Source of the DNA: Octopus vulgaris
Lineage: Eukaryota
DNA: 64,000 bases
Direction of reading: 5' to 3'
NCBI GenBank assembly: GCA_951406725.2
Contig: OX597823.1
Span: 116,870,001-116,934,000, forward strand
Shown here: one piece after another, positions 25,696 through 40,721 of the stretch
Numbering within the stretch: position 1 is the first letter of the stretch
Layout of the letters: each line of letters opens with the position of its first letter
Notes under the pieces: generated by a model
What the model was told of the DNA's origin: nothing
Seen by the model: only the letters and a program-made list of their open reading frames with translations
Database searches by the model: none
Made by a program: the position numbers and the translations under genes

Positions 25696-26371
25696 AGATC
25701 AATGAGCAGATATCCTTGCTTCTATGTTGCCCCAATGTCATCAGCATTTATACAACATCATCTGAGTATTGCCATTTCAGGAGGAGGAAAAGAAACCAGA
25801 AAAGAGTAGTTGGTCACTTACCTGAGTCTCTTGGGTTATCCTTTTTCAGGACCTTTTTTATTAACCTTCAAGGATCCTTCAGTCTAGTAAGTTTCTAAAT
25901 TCTCTCACATCATGTGGAAAATGCATTCTCAAAACACAAACATTGTTAGAGCAGTTCTTACCAGAATATTTCCTTATGAAAATCCTCATTCATTGCTAAA
26001 ATGTTGTCTTTGTTACAGTTTACAAACCCCATCAAATACTTGTTCTACTTTCAGAGAACTGTGTAGATGACATGTTCATCCATTAGGGGTTAACATAATT
26101 GTTCCATCTCTTGTGGTTGGCAGGGTTCTTGTTGTCTTGACTGTTTTGATTTTGCTTTCTTTTACTACTGATCTCAACCTGTCTCTCACTGCTGCAGCAG
26201 GTATTGTTGAAGATGTTGTTGCTGTGCCTATTAGCCGCTTGTGAGGGTTAAATTATTGGACACACTGTATTCTGAGTTAATCAGCTTGATGCTCGTAAAT
26301 TTTTAGTATTTTGGAGTTAAGTTAGTGTATTCACCAGCTTGCATCTTTTCCTTTTTAAAAGCCACTTGATT

Positions 26372-26586
26372 CTTTTCTACTCTAGGCCCAAGGCCCAAAA
26401 TTTTAGGGGAGAGAGCCAGTCAATTAGATTGACCTCAGTATGCAACTGGTACTTAATTTATCAACGTCCCCCCCCCCCCCAAAAAAAAGGATGAAAGACA
26501 AAGTCGACCTCGGCAGAATTTGAACTCAGAACATAAAGACAGACAAAATACTGCTAAGCAATTCGCCTGGCATGCTAACATTTCTG
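26372..26586 (-). mobile_element. Family B SINE
   Basis: Reverse-complement Meta-like core. Confidence 0.85.
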
Positions 26587-26739
26587 TCACTTGATTATTA
26601 TCGATTTAGGTGCTTTTGTGTTGTTTGTGACCACTTCTATACCCAAGGACTCAACAGGATTTGCATTTTATTTCTCAACATTTGTTAATGTTGCTGTTGT
26701 TTGTTTGTTTGTTTGTTGAGTGAAGCAGTCTTCGTCCTT

Positions 26740-27065
26740 AGGAAAAGTCCAAAATGTGGTCCTTTGCTATTCGTAAGACCCGCAGAAGAGAAAGCAGGTC
26801 AACCCCCGACACCGAGAGCATTGACGGATGGATGAATGTGCATCCAGGCTCAGCAGTTGCGTAGGAAGTCAGGGACAAGAAACAGGAAGAAAGAGTGAGA
26901 GAAGTTGGAGTGAAAGAGTACAACAGGGGTCTCCACCACCCCCTGCCGGAGCCACGTGGAGCTTTAGGTGTTTTTGCTCAATAAACACACACAACGCCTG
27001 GTCTGGGAATCGAAACCTCCGACCGTGAGTCTGCTGCCCTAACCACCGGGCCATTGCGCCTCCAG
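26740..27065 (-). mobile_element. tRNA-SINE family C
   Basis: Reverse complement of ggcgcaatggcccggtggttagggcagcagactc..gtttcgattccc..ttgagcaaaaacacctaaagctcc. Confidence 0.8.
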
Positions 27066-27414
27066 TTGCTGTTGTTGGTGGAGGTGGTAGAAGTAGTTGT
27101 TCTCATGCCCTTCTGAGAGTAAAAAACATATTTTGTTACTCTTGTAAATGTTGCTGCAGTGGCTTCTACTAACATTCTCTTTGAGATTGCCACAGATTTG
27201 ATATTGGGAGAAGTGGTGCAGAGTGACACGTTACATGTCTCACAGAGTCACATATTTACTGAGGAGTGGCTTCAATGGCAAAAAGGGAAGTTGATCTTAG
27301 CAGTGTTTAATCTATGTTTCCATGAGGTCAGTAATGTTACCCGTAAAGGCACACTGGAGTGAAAAGACTTGGTGTCTTTGGAGTTTCATTCTCACTAAGC
27401 TGCTTCTTGTACCC

Positions 27415-27643
27415 ATTTCTTCACTACCCACAAGGGGCTAAACACAGAGAGGACAAACAAGGACAGACAAATGGATTAAGTTGATTGTATCAACCCCAGT
27501 CCGTAACTGATACTTATTTAATCAATTTCGAAAGGATGAAAGGTAAAGTCGACCTCAGCCGAATTTGAACTCAGAACGTACCAGCAGACGAAATACCGCT
27601 AAGCATTTCGCCCGCTGTGCTAACATTTCTGCCAGCTCGCCAC
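27415..27643 (-). mobile_element. Family B SINE
   Basis: Full reverse-complement copy. Confidence 0.85.
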
Positions 27644-28379
27644 CTGCATAATAGTCACAATGAGACATGGAGAAATAACACAATCTGTCTGTGTGATGTG
27701 AACTGTATGACCAAAAATATACAATGTCATGGTAGAAAATTTCTCACGTATCGTATATACAAGTTCTTGGAACATGTAACTGATCTATTTATATTTGGCA
27801 AGTGAAACCAGGCAACCTTAAGGCTTTTTCTTCCCCTTACTGAATAGTGGACCAAATTATCTCCACAATGAACTGAGTGGCAGTTAGCAAGGCATATTAT
27901 GTCTATAAGTCGTTTACAAATGAACAAGTAATCACGTCAAGTTAGTTCCATTTCATCTCACAAATTACATTCCTCCATTAAACAAATATGAGATATTTCT
28001 ATTTGGTTTATGATTTAAACCCTCAAATGTTCATCACAAAACTAAATAAACACCAGTATTCACATATATGGACAAAAAATTATTAGTTTGCTGCGTGGAG
28101 TATAATATAATTATTATCATTGCTATATCATAAACAGATCTGTCTGTTAAAGCTGCACTTCATTCTAATCTCCTTCTACCATTTGATCAATAAAAATAAC
28201 ACTTAACAAAACTCAATATTTATAAACAATATATTGATATCAGTGGAACATGTTTCTAACTTTATGAAATTACATGAAATCATCTTCATCTGATTTGAAA
28301 CTTCATTTTAACTGGATGTTAAATGACTTCATATCATCATAATATCTTGTATGTGTTATTTGGTTAGTTATACTTATGT

Positions 28380-29670
<1,291 letters not shown>

Positions 29671-30102
29671 TCAAGATGAATTGATGTTATTGATGTATTC
29701 CTATACATTCCTCTCATTTTTGTTTTTTGGTTTGCTTCTTTTTTTTGTATGATTTCCTTTAATGAGGAAAAATTAGTAAGTAAATGTATAATTAAAAATA
29801 TTAAATGTATTAAGTGAAAATCTATCACAAACATTATGATTAATCATAGTAATTAAGATATCTTTCATAAGCAGAAGGTCACACACATAGGATGTGTGGG
29901 AAAGAAATTGTCTGTTTAATAATGCACCAGTATATTATCATCCCTGTATGAATGAAGAATAATGACAGCATTAGTGGGGATTGAACTGGAAACATAAAGA
30001 GCTGTAACTAAATAACCCAGTGTGAAATCTGACATTCTACTGAGTTTGACATCTGCTAACCTGCTTATAAAATAAGAATAATTATTGTTTCTACTGTAGG
30101 CA

Positions 30103-30394
30103 CAACGCTCCAATCTATTGGGGGAGGCGACTAATTGATTACATTGATCCCTGAAATTTCTTATTTCTTTACTGCCCACAAGGGGCTAGATACAGAAGGG
30201 ACAAACAAGGACTGACAAACGGATTAAGTCGATTATATCAACCCCCAGTGTGTAACTGGTTCTTATTTAATCAACCCCGAAAGGATGAAAGGCAAAGTTA
30301 ACCTTGGAGGAATTTGAACTCAGGACGTAGCGGCAGATGAAATACTGGCTAAGCATTTCACCCGATGTGCTAACGTTTCTGCCAGCACATTGCC
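30103..30394 (-). mobile_element. Family B SINE plus a partial copy
   Basis: Reverse-complement Meta-like core and head. Confidence 0.8.
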
Positions 30395-30619
30395 TTATCC
30401 CTGAAATTTCTGGCTTCATAATTATTAGAATAACTATTTTACTACTATTCATGCTTTTATGGGTTTGACAGGGTTTCTCGAGTAGGGTCATCCAACTGGT
30501 TGTTGTCCTTTGTCAACTCCTTTATGAGGTTCAAGGTTTTGAGACCTCTCTTATCTTTCTTGATCTTCCTCTTTCCTGGATTTTATCTACTTCAATCAAT
30601 TTATATTTTCATGCACATT

Positions 30620-30810
30620 CAAGGGGTTTTTGAAAAGTTCTTGGCTTTAAGGATATCCTTCTGAGTTCTTTCACAGGGCTTCAAAAAACCGAAGGACCAT
30701 TACAATAAGTGTGTGAATCTGGGAGAGAAATATGTTGAATAAAATCATGATTCACAGATCCTCCTGTATTTTCTTTTACCCAAAGTCAGGAACTTTTCAG
30801 CACACCCTCT
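30620..30810 (+). mobile_element. Mariner-derived MITE
   Basis: Imperfect TIRs caaggggtttttgaaaagttcttggcttt / aaagtcaggaacttttcagcacaccctct, and the residual transposase end YNKCVNLGEKYVE*. Confidence 0.7.
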
Positions 30811-31170
30811 TAACGTAGCTATATCTTTATAGGTCTTCTGTCATGCAAATCACATTCAATTCTTCTGTTACACAGTTTTACTCCATCATTTGTACTTTCA
30901 TCACAACTCTAGTGCACCCGTAGTTTACACTGGGTACACCCTATGGTATTTATGCCTACCCTTTTTGTGTCACACATGACCACTTCCCAGATTGCAGTAG
31001 AGTCTTGTCTTTTTCTCTAACTAAACTTTTTGCCTTTGCTCGGTTTATTTTAAGGCCTCTTGCCTCTAGGCTTTACTTTGCTTTGGAATTTCCTCCCTAA
31101 TCTTTAACAAATTCAGCTATTTCTACAAGGATATCAGCAAAGAAAATTGTCTAATAATCACTTGTCTTAA

Positions 31171-31397
31171 CCATTTTGCTACCATATTTCTTTTGAGATG
31201 CTCTGTGTTTCTTTCAATCAATTTTAAATATAACAAAGAATTTGGTAAAAAAAAAACAAACTTACTTATCATTAAGCTAGTGTTAGGAACATAAATTGTG
31301 ACTAAAGTTTGGTGGAAGATTTAAATTCAAAACTTATATAAACAAGACATTTGTACTAGAGCCAGAGCCAGTTTCAGCTGGATTGGTATCAAAAGGG
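31171..31397. mobile_element. piggyBac-like MITE
   Basis: TTAA at 31167-70 and 31398-401 flanking TIRs ccattttgctacca / tggtatcaaaaggg. Confidence 0.65.
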
Positions 31398-31451
31398 TTA
31401 AACTTCTCAGAATTATAAAGACTAGCTGCAGAGGCAACTGAACCCTGATAT

Positions 31452-31682
31452 ATTTCTTTACTACCCACAAGGGGCTAAATACAGAGGGGACAAACAAGGA
31501 CAGACAAAGGGATTAAGTCGATTACATCGACCCCAGTGCGTAACTGGTACTTAATTTATCGATCCCGAAAGGATGAAAGACAAAGTCAACCTCGGCGGAA
31601 TTTGAACCCAGAACATAACGGCAGACGAAATACCACCAAGCATTTCATCCAGCGTGCTAACGTTTGTGCCAGTTCGCCGCCT
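31452..31682 (-). mobile_element. Family B SINE
   Basis: Well-preserved reverse-complement copy. Confidence 0.9.
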
Positions 31683-31744
31683 TCACCTGAACCCTGATAG
31701 GCACACACCTACATGCTAAATTCCTTGTTGAACTCATTGCTGCA

Positions 31745-32478
31745 GTATATCTGTAAGTGGCTTGCACTATATTGTGAGATCATGGGTTCGATTCCGGAAC
31801 TGAGAAGTTTATTGTGTTCTTGAGCAAAACACTTCATCTCATGTTGTTCTGTGATCACTCCAACATTTGATGTGTGGCATACCATGCACCTGTACAGGTA
31901 GTGTTGATTTAATAGAGAAAGTCAGCTAATGGGCAGCACATACATTTGATCACTTTAAACAACAAAACATTTGTGCAAGTTTATCAGCAAGACATTGCAG
32001 AACTGTCTTCCTTGGACTTGACAGACTGCTGTTAATTAACTTATTCACATATATACAAATCTCAGGAGCTCTCATGAATCAAACAAAAGAGTCTTGACTA
32101 CTGTGAAGGAAAATCTACAAATATCAAAGAAAAGAAATCATTTATTTATTTATTCATTCATGCATGGCTTAGTGGTTAGGGCATTCAGCTCATTATCACA
32201 AAGTTGTGAGTTCAATTCCTGGTGATGCATTATGTCCTTGAGCAAGACACTTTATTTCACATTGCTCCAGTCCAATCAGCTGGCAAAAATGTGTAGTACC
32301 TGTATTTCAAAAGGTCAGCCTTGTCACACTCTGTGTTATGCTGAATCTCCATTAGAACTACGCTAAAGGCACACGTGTCTGTGGAGTGCTCAGCCACTTG
32401 CACGTTAATTTCATGAGCAGGCTGTTCCATTGATTGGATCAGCTGAAACCCCTCATTGTTGTAACCAACAGAGTGCCA
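31745..32478 (+). mobile_element. Two family D-like SINEs (31745-31990, 32160-32478)
   Basis: tRNA-like heads, ttgtgttcttgagcaaaacacttcat core, and tail cacgttaatttcatgagcaggctgttcc..gtaaccaacagagtgcc. Confidence 0.7.
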
Positions 32479-32492
32479 TATATATATATATG

Positions 32493-33085
32493 TGGAGGTG
32501 TAACGGCCCATTGGTTAGGGCAGCAGACTCGCAGTCGGAGGATCGTGGTTTCAATTCCCAGAGCAGGCGTTGTATGTGTTTATTGAGCAAAAACACCTAA
32601 AGCTCTATGAGGCTCTGGCAGGGGGTGGTGGCAACCCATGTTGTACTCTTTCGCCCCAACTTTCCCTCACTCTTTCTTCCTGATTCTTGAGTAACGCTGC
32701 GATGGACTGGCATCCCGTCCAGCTGGGGGGGGGGGGGACGCATATGCCATAGAAACTGGGAAACCTGGCTTGAAAAGGGTGCATAAATAAAATTTTTAAA
32801 AAAATATATATATATATATAGATAGATAGATGGATAGATTCATACATATATGCATACATATTCACACATATATGTATACACATACATATGCATGTGCATG
32901 CACACACACATGCATACACACATACATACGCCATGCATACACTCACATATATAGGGCATCCAGCTGTAGAAACTTTGCCAGATCAGATTGGAGTCTGGTG
33001 CAGCCATCTGGTTCGCCAAACCTCAATCAAAATCGTGCAACCCATGCTAGCATGGAAAGCAGACGTTAAACGATGATGATGATGA
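32493..33085 (+). mobile_element. Family C SINE (32493-32790) and RTE-tail fragment (32950-33085)
   Basis: gcgatggactgggcatcccgtccag core; agggcatccagctgtagaaac..(gat)n. Confidence 0.8.
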
Positions 33086-33646
33086 AAAACATTCAGTTTT
33101 ACTGATCGAATTACAATTGTAGCATAACTCTTGTCTTTCTTTAACCTGCACGATAGTTTCAAACACCTGAGCACATTTCTTGTACGTTTTTATCTACATA
33201 AAAGAATGTATTAAACGTGTATGGTGTATATGGTGTGTGTGGGTGTGTGTGGGGGGGGGGCGAAGGTGTTGATGTGTATGTTTGAGACAGAGATGCAGAC
33301 TGTATGTATGGATATGCGTAGAAAGTCTCATGCAGATGCAGGCAGGTATATATATATAGGTAAACTGTCGTTAATTTTGATTAAATAGTGCTGTGTGTGT
33401 GTGTGTATGCATGTGTGGTGTGTGTGTGATGGACAATAACATGCTTCTAATGTGAGAATGTGCTTGAATGTAGACAAGTACTCCACATGTTTTTCAGCAC
33501 CGTTGACCATGGAAGCTCTTACAATCCCCTTACCACACTGCTCCCCCTCCCAACTAAAACCAACTCACACTACCCCCCCACTACCCACATACTCTCTCCT
33601 TTAATTTCTTTTTTTTTTTTGCTGTCTTTTGTCATTCAGAAAATAT

Positions 33647-34030
33647 ACTCTTTTACTCTTTTCAGTCATTTGACTATGGCCATGCTGGATCACCACCTTT
33701 AGTCGAGCAAATGGACCCCAAGACTTATTCTTTATAAGCCTAGTACTTATTCTATCGGTCTCTTTTGCTGAACTGCTAGGTTATGGGGACGTAAACACAC
33801 CAGCATCGGTTATCAAGCAATGTTGGGGGCGGGGGACTAACACAGACACACACACACACATATATATACATATACATATATATATACGAATGGCTTCTTT
33901 CAGTTTCCGTCTACCAAATCCACTTGCAAGGCTTTAGTTTGTCTGAGGCTATAGTAGAAGACACTTGCCCAAGGTGCCATGCAGTGGGAATGAACCTGGA
34001 ACCATGTAGTTGGTAAGCAAGCTACTAACC
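33647..34030 (-). mobile_element. tRNA-SINE family A
   Basis: Full reverse-complement copy. Confidence 0.9.
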
Positions 34031-34470
34031 ACACAGCCACTTCTGTGCCACAAAAGTTGATTATTTGTAATACAATAATGAAGAGAATTCTTTCATTTTG
34101 ATGGTTCTAAGGGTGAAATTTGGTTGAAATTTTTTCTTGAATTTGTGCTTAGGTCTAAGACTACAATGACTGAAACATTTTATTGTGGCATTACACAGTT
34201 TCGTCTAAAAATAATGATCACACATGCAGAGAAACAGACACTGGACCTTGGTCTTATATTGATAAGAGGAAAAGTAAATCCTGTTCTCGTATATCATCAT
34301 CCTTGTCACCCTTTAACGTCCATTTTCCATGCTAGTATGGGCTGAATGATTCAACAGGAATTGATGGACCAGAAGACTGTGCAAAGCTCCAATGACTGCT
34401 TTGATATGGTTTCTACAGCTGGATATGGTTTCCTAACACCAACCATTTTATAGTGTGTACAGGGTGCTTT

Positions 34471-34782
34471 GTGGAGGCGCAATGGCCCAGTGGTTAGAGC
34501 AGCAGACTCGCTGTCGGAAGATCACAGTCTCGATTCCCAAACTGGGCATTGTATGTGTTTATTGAGCGAAAACACCTAAAGCTCTATAAGGCTCCGGCAG
34601 TGGCTGGTGGCGACCCCTGTTGTACTCTTTTGCCCCAACTTTCACTCTTTTTTCATGTTTCTTGAGTAACGCTGCGATGGACTGGCATCCTCTCCGGCTG
34701 GGGGGAACACATACGCCATAGAAACCGGGAAACTGGGCCCATGAGCCTGGCTAGGCTTGAAAAGGGCGAGTAAAAAAAAAAG
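34471..34782 (+). mobile_element. Family C SINE with 11-bp TSD, inserted in a decayed minus-strand RTE tail
   Basis: TSD cagggtgcttt at 34460-34470 and 34783-34793, plus an A-tail. Confidence 0.9.
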
Positions 34783-35481
34783 CAGGGTGCTTTATATCAT
34801 CATGGCCCAGCCCTACAGAAATTGCCTTGTCCTATGCAAGATGAAGGTATCATCATTCTTTTAAGGCGAACTGGTTTGTAGATATGGCAGTAATGATCCC
34901 AAGCATGAAAAAAGAGTATGGTTGTGATGAGGGTTGGGCAGTATGGTAAGAGTGAGAGGATGTTAGAAGAGGGAGTAATAGTAGAGCAACGGTGGTAGGT
35001 ACATGCTGGTTGTTGGTAATGACATTGAATAGAGAAATTGAGAGGGCAATGGTAAATGGGAGTGGTGATGTCAGTTTAGAGTGCTATAATGGTTAAGGGT
35101 AGGAGAGGGTGATAGTAGAGGGTACCAATTATGGACAGATCAGATGCCGACACTTGTTATACAGGTGATATGATAGAAGAAAGATTGTCGTTATTGAGAA
35201 GTGATGGTTGAAGAGAGTTAGAATGATAAAGGGGGAGATGGAGGTGCTGAATAAATACAGCTGAAATATCATTCTTTGTTATGTGGACAACAAGGTACAT
35301 TGCACAAGAAAGAGGGTGAATGATGCACAAGAAGGTAATGAAAATGGTAATAGTTGAGGTTTAACAAGAATATGAGGGTGTAAAAGACGTAGTGCAGATT
35401 GTCAGTTGTACCATCCTTCCACAATTGGATGTGTTTTATTCAGCACAATTTCTTAATAATCATCACACTCTTTCCAACATA

Positions 35482-35564
<83 letters not shown>

Positions 35565-36294
35565 TAGTTGATTATAGATTGTATATAACCTATTTAACAA
35601 CAAAGAAAATAATTAGAATCCATGGAAATTTGTGATATTTCTCTTGGCAAAAATCAATATTTGTAAAATAAAATGAATTTGTATTATAATCTGTATAGAG
35701 TTACAGTTGTGTGTGTGCGTGCATGTGTGTATGTGTGTGTGCGTGTGTGTGCGTGTGCGTGTGAGACCAGTATATTAGTAATGTGTTGCGATGCAATTTT
35801 GTATTGCAGAATATAGCTATATAGGCAAGGTGTTTAGTTTTGTCTACGTGTTATGTGAACTAAAAATATATAGCCATATCCTGTACTACAGCATAGTGCA
35901 CACACATGCACACACACACACACACACACACACATTGTTGACCAAACAGTGTGCTATACTGTACAAGTATCTATTTGTGTGCTATGTGTACCATCTGTCC
36001 AGCTATCTTCTCCAACCCCTATTCTTGGGTGGATTGTTGGGAAGAGTCTTCAGGTACCTCCTCCATAGGGTCTTATCAGAAACAACCTATGTGTGCCATG
36101 AATTTTTAAAATTATGATTTAGGGCTTTAGAAGGTCCATATTAAAGTTTGAATGCCCTGAAAAACTTGTTATTCATATTTTGCTATGCACAAATATAATT
36201 AATAAACGAGGCAAACAATTATTTTCTATATATATATACTTTTTTACTTTTTAAACTTTAGAACAGTTTTTTTTTAACTTCCCATTTAAAATAT

Positions 36295-36512
36295 TACTCT
36301 TTACTCTTTCACTTGTTTCAGTCATTTGACTGTGGCCATGCTGGAGCACCACATTTAGTTGAGAAAATCGACCCTAGGACTTATTCTTTGTAAGCTTAGT
36401 ACTTATTGTATTGATCTCTTTTGCCAAACTGCTAAGTTACGAGGACATAAGCACACCAGCATCGGTTGTCAAGTGATGTTGGGGGGACAAACACACACAC
36501 AAACATATACAG

Positions 36513-36561
<49 letters not shown>

Positions 36562-36960
36562 TACAATGAGCTTCTTTCAGTTTCCATCTAACAAATCCAC
36601 TCACAACCTTTAGTCAAGCAAATCGACCCCAGGACTTAGTCTTTGTAAGCCTAGTACTTGTTCTATCAGTATCTTTTGCCAAACAACTAAGTTATGGAGA
36701 CGTAAGCACACTAGCATCGGTTGTCAAGCAATTTTGGGGGGACAAACACAGACACACAAACATATACACACATACACATATATATATACATATATACGAC
36801 AGGCTTCTTTCAGTTTCCGTCTACCAAATCTACTCACAAGGCTTTGGTCGGCCTGAGGCTATAGTACAAGACATTTGTCCACGATGCCACGCAGTGGGAC
36901 TGAACCCGGAACCATGTGGTTGGTAAGCAAGCTACTTACCACACAGCCACTCCTACATCT
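36295..36960 (-). mobile_element. Tandem family A SINEs
   Basis: Two reverse-complement bodies (36295-36605 and 36610-36955) sharing one head. Confidence 0.8.
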
Positions 36961-37793
36961 ATAATTTTGGCCTATGCTAATAATTTTTTGGTTTGATCTC
37001 CAGTGCAGCACCAAATCAAAAAGATTGAGAACCACAGATATATATGTTTACAGAATGAACCAAAACTTTGCATTCATAACAAATTTGCATTATACACGTA
37101 TGTTCTTTTTTTTATTTATATTTTATACAATTATATACATTAGTCAATTCATGATATTTTATTTCTTTTTTGTCTAACTAAATTCCAAATAAATTATTTT
37201 TTCTTCTCAGCCCAGCATGGATTTAAAACTAATGACTGCATTGAAATTGTGTAATCTGTTGTTAGCAATTGTGTTAGATTTAATCCATATTGAGTTGAAA
37301 AGAAAAACAATAATTAATTTAGTATAAAATAGAATTATAATGCAAAATTATTGTTCCTTTATATTATGTCTATTTCTCTGTGCTAGCATGGGTTAGATGG
37401 ATATATTATTGAGGCATTATTTTACAGCTGAATATCCACCTTGACACTAGCTCTTACCTATCTTTAAAGTAAAGGAACTCTTATTTCACATATGTTTTGG
37501 GGCCCAAAACAAGCAAATGATTTATTGACAGGGAAAATGATGACATTAGTGCTTGTTGTTGAACAATTTTTGAAGATGTGCAAATATAAACACACAGATG
37601 CCCCACCCCTCTCAAACATGCATGCATATATATAGATATATATATAAAATTTATAAATTAGGGTATTTACTAGATACCACCATGCTGAAAATAGCAGCCA
37701 TGATCTGACTCTAAAACCTCCTTAATTGTCCATATTACAAACACGGAGAGATGACAAAGAGACAAGATGAAGCTAGTAAAAAAGTACTGGATA

Positions 37794-37852
37794 ATTCTAG
37801 ATCCCGGATTTCTGGCTTTGCATTTAGTAATGCTTTGCCTCGTCAGTAGAAT
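37794..37852 (-). ncRNA. Type I hammerhead-like motif in an ~210-bp TA-flanked insert
   Basis: AUUCUA-CUGACGA-GGC(AAA GCAUU ACUA AAUGC AAA)GCC-A-GAAA-UCC G GGA-UC-UAGAAU: perfect 6-bp stem I, AUC triplet, one extra A before G12. Confidence 0.6.
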
Positions 37853-37989
37853 ACAGACAGAAAAGAAACATAAATACATATATATATAAACACAACATAC
37901 AAATACTTACATATTCGAATGTATACATACATATATATGCACGTATACATCAAATTTAAATATATATATATATATGCCCATGTCTGTGT

Positions 37990-38439
37990 GTAAGAGATGG
38001 GCTTTTTTCAGTTTCCTTCTACCAAATCCACTTGCAAGGCTCAACTGGGGCTCAAATAAAAGACACTTGTCCAAGGTGCAGCACAATAGGACTGAACCTG
38101 AAACCTTGTATTTGGGAAGCTGAACCACAAAAGTACATGTCTGTGTGTGATCATCATCATCATCATCATTTAACATCCATTTTCCATGCTGGCATGGGTT
38201 GGACAGTTTGACTGCACCAGGCTCCAATCAGATCTGGCAATGTTTCTACAGCTGGATGCCCTTCCTAATGCCAACTACTCCAAGAGTGTAGTGGGGGCTT
38301 TTTGCATGCCACCGACACACAAGGAGCTAGTCAGGCGACACTGACATTAGCCACATTCAGATGGTGCTTTTTATGTGCTACCAGCACAGGAGCTAGTCAG
38401 GGTAGCATCGAACAAGGAAACACACACACTCATGAACAT

Positions 38440-38488
<49 letters not shown>

Positions 38489-38800
38489 CAGAGAGAGAGA
38501 GAGAGTGCATCCACATGGCCACTGGAATATATAGGTGCACACTGTCATGCCACCTAGTGGGACTTGTAAATCAGTGTTTTCCTAAATATGTACACATTAG
38601 AATCCGTTTCTCTGCATATGTACACACATATATATAATGGGCTTCTTTCAGTTTCTATCTACCAAATACACTCACAATGCTTTGGTCATCCTGGAGCTAT
38701 AGTTGAAGACACTTGCCCAAGGTGCCACGCAGTGGGACTGAATTTGGAGCCATGTGGTTGGGAAGCAAGCTTCTTAACACACAGCCACACCTATGCCTAT
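37990..38800 (-). mobile_element. Family A heads (37990-38130, 38630-38800) and RTE tail (38150-38400)
   Basis: Reverse complements of families seen elsewhere in the window. Confidence 0.75.
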
Positions 38801-39083
38801 TCCTACATACCACCTTTTCTTCAGGCGAGACCTTGCACCAACCACATATGACTTAACAGCCCTTATTAGTTCTAATTAACACTTATGGTGAACAGATGTA
38901 ATTAACATTTGGAGTGAACAGATGTAGTGACAACTGCAGTTAACTGATGCATCATATTTTCTGGCCGACCAGTCAACTCAATAAATAAACGTTCAAACAT
39001 CAACACTATTTTTACAAATCCTACCACATTTCACATGAAATTTATGGCACTCTAAAGCCATCTTGCTATATTGGTTAACCTAC

Positions 39084-39331
39084 CTTATTTTTGACTGTGA
39101 ATTTTTGTCTGAAAATTTTGATGTCTATTCTGGAAAATACAGTAGATTCTCCCTGACCAATTCTCAAAATCACTCTCAGTGAAACACTTCTTGAATTCCA
39201 TTTCCAAATTCTGAAGCCATTTATCTTTGAATGCTTCAATGATTTCTGAGTTCCGTCCTGTAATTGGGTGGTTGGCACGAGAGATTTTGATAGTGTCTGC
39301 AAACTATTTATAGACACACAGTGCTTACCAT
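39084..39331 (-). CDS. Tentative spliced ORF start: ATG, 71-nt intron, 174-nt phase 0-0 exon; product unknown
   Basis: ATG|GTAAGC at 39329/39328, caattacag|G at 39258/39257, AAG|GTAGGT at 39084/39083. The frame is open but the peptide is not recognised. Confidence 0.2.
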
Positions 39332-40304
39332 TTTACTGCTGTCTTAAAACAAATTCTCAATGAAATATTAGATTCAGTCTGAACATTCGCCTCTACTCAT
39401 CCACAAACTCTGCCAATAACTTCAGCCACTAATATACTTCCATGCAATAATAACATCACCTACCATTACTACCACCTCCACCACCACCACCACCTCCACC
39501 ACCACCATCACAGCTAAAGTTTTGAGAAATTAGTGTTTTTTTCTTTAGGAAAGTTTTTTTCTTGTCTGCATTAGTCAAGTGTGTAGCAATATATGCTACT
39601 GAGGTGGTAGTGGTGGTTGTGGAGGTAGTGGTGATTGTGGTGGTGGTGGTGGTGGTGGTGGTATTAGTAGTAGTAAAAGTGAAGTATTGTGACTGTCCTA
39701 GTGAAAAATTTATTGCTAAAACACTTCACTAACACACAAATGTACATTCACTACACATTTACCTATATACGTACACGTTTTACAAACACTGCAACACTTG
39801 TTGCTTTACTGTGGTACCTAGTTAGAATTAAGCAGACTGTACCTCACTGTGCTACATACTTCCAGGTACCTACCACAGTATAGCCGCAACTATTTCCTCA
39901 GTTGCTGTTTGTGTAATGAATGAGAGATCTGACTTAATAAATGAATTGGTATTCCACAAGGGAGATTGCAATGCCGAGGAATTACATTACCATGGCTACT
40001 ACTACTACTACTACTACTACTAGTACCACAATAGCAGCAGCACTAGTAATAGCAGCAGCTGTTCAAGAATTTGGACCTGGAGATCTCCATTTCCAGCGAC
40101 TTCGAAGGCCACCTCCCAGTGGTGTCGGACGTCAACGAAGAGCCCTCGACTACAACAAGACGACCAAAGTTCGTTTTTTTTGCCAAGGTCTGGGGTCTCC
40201 TGCCCCTAAGCCCTAGACCATCACCTAATCATCCTTACCCATCTTGTTGCTTAACAACAACAACAACAACAACAACAGCAGCAGCAATAGTAGTTATAGT
40301 AGTG

Positions 40305-40353
<49 letters not shown>

Positions 40354-40721
40354 AAAAATCAGTAACAACAACAGCATCAAGTATGAATAGTGACCTTTAT
40401 CAAATAAATAGTAAATGAAATTTTGACTGCTGTCACTTCCCAATGATCAAACAATGTTTTGATGTAAACTTTGATCTGTTTTTAGAGAATTTCAATATTT
40501 CCACACATAAAATTGGCAGGAAATAGACAGAAATCCATTCTTTGTGCTTAGAACTAGTTTCAGAGAAGAAGACAAGTAAACTCCAGAGAAGGTTAGCTTG
40601 CAATAGAGTTTTAACCACCAGTTGTAATAATTCCACATCGTTGATGTTCTTCAGCATAGCATGAACATCACAACATACTGTTAATGCAATACTGAGGAAA
40701 GAAATATTCCATCTTCTCAAA

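Noticed and set aside
25781-26040. Splice-like signals on both strands (plus exon 25781-25886; minus donors near 25821 and 25961)
   Set aside because: The strands conflict and the minus-strand joins give in-frame stops.
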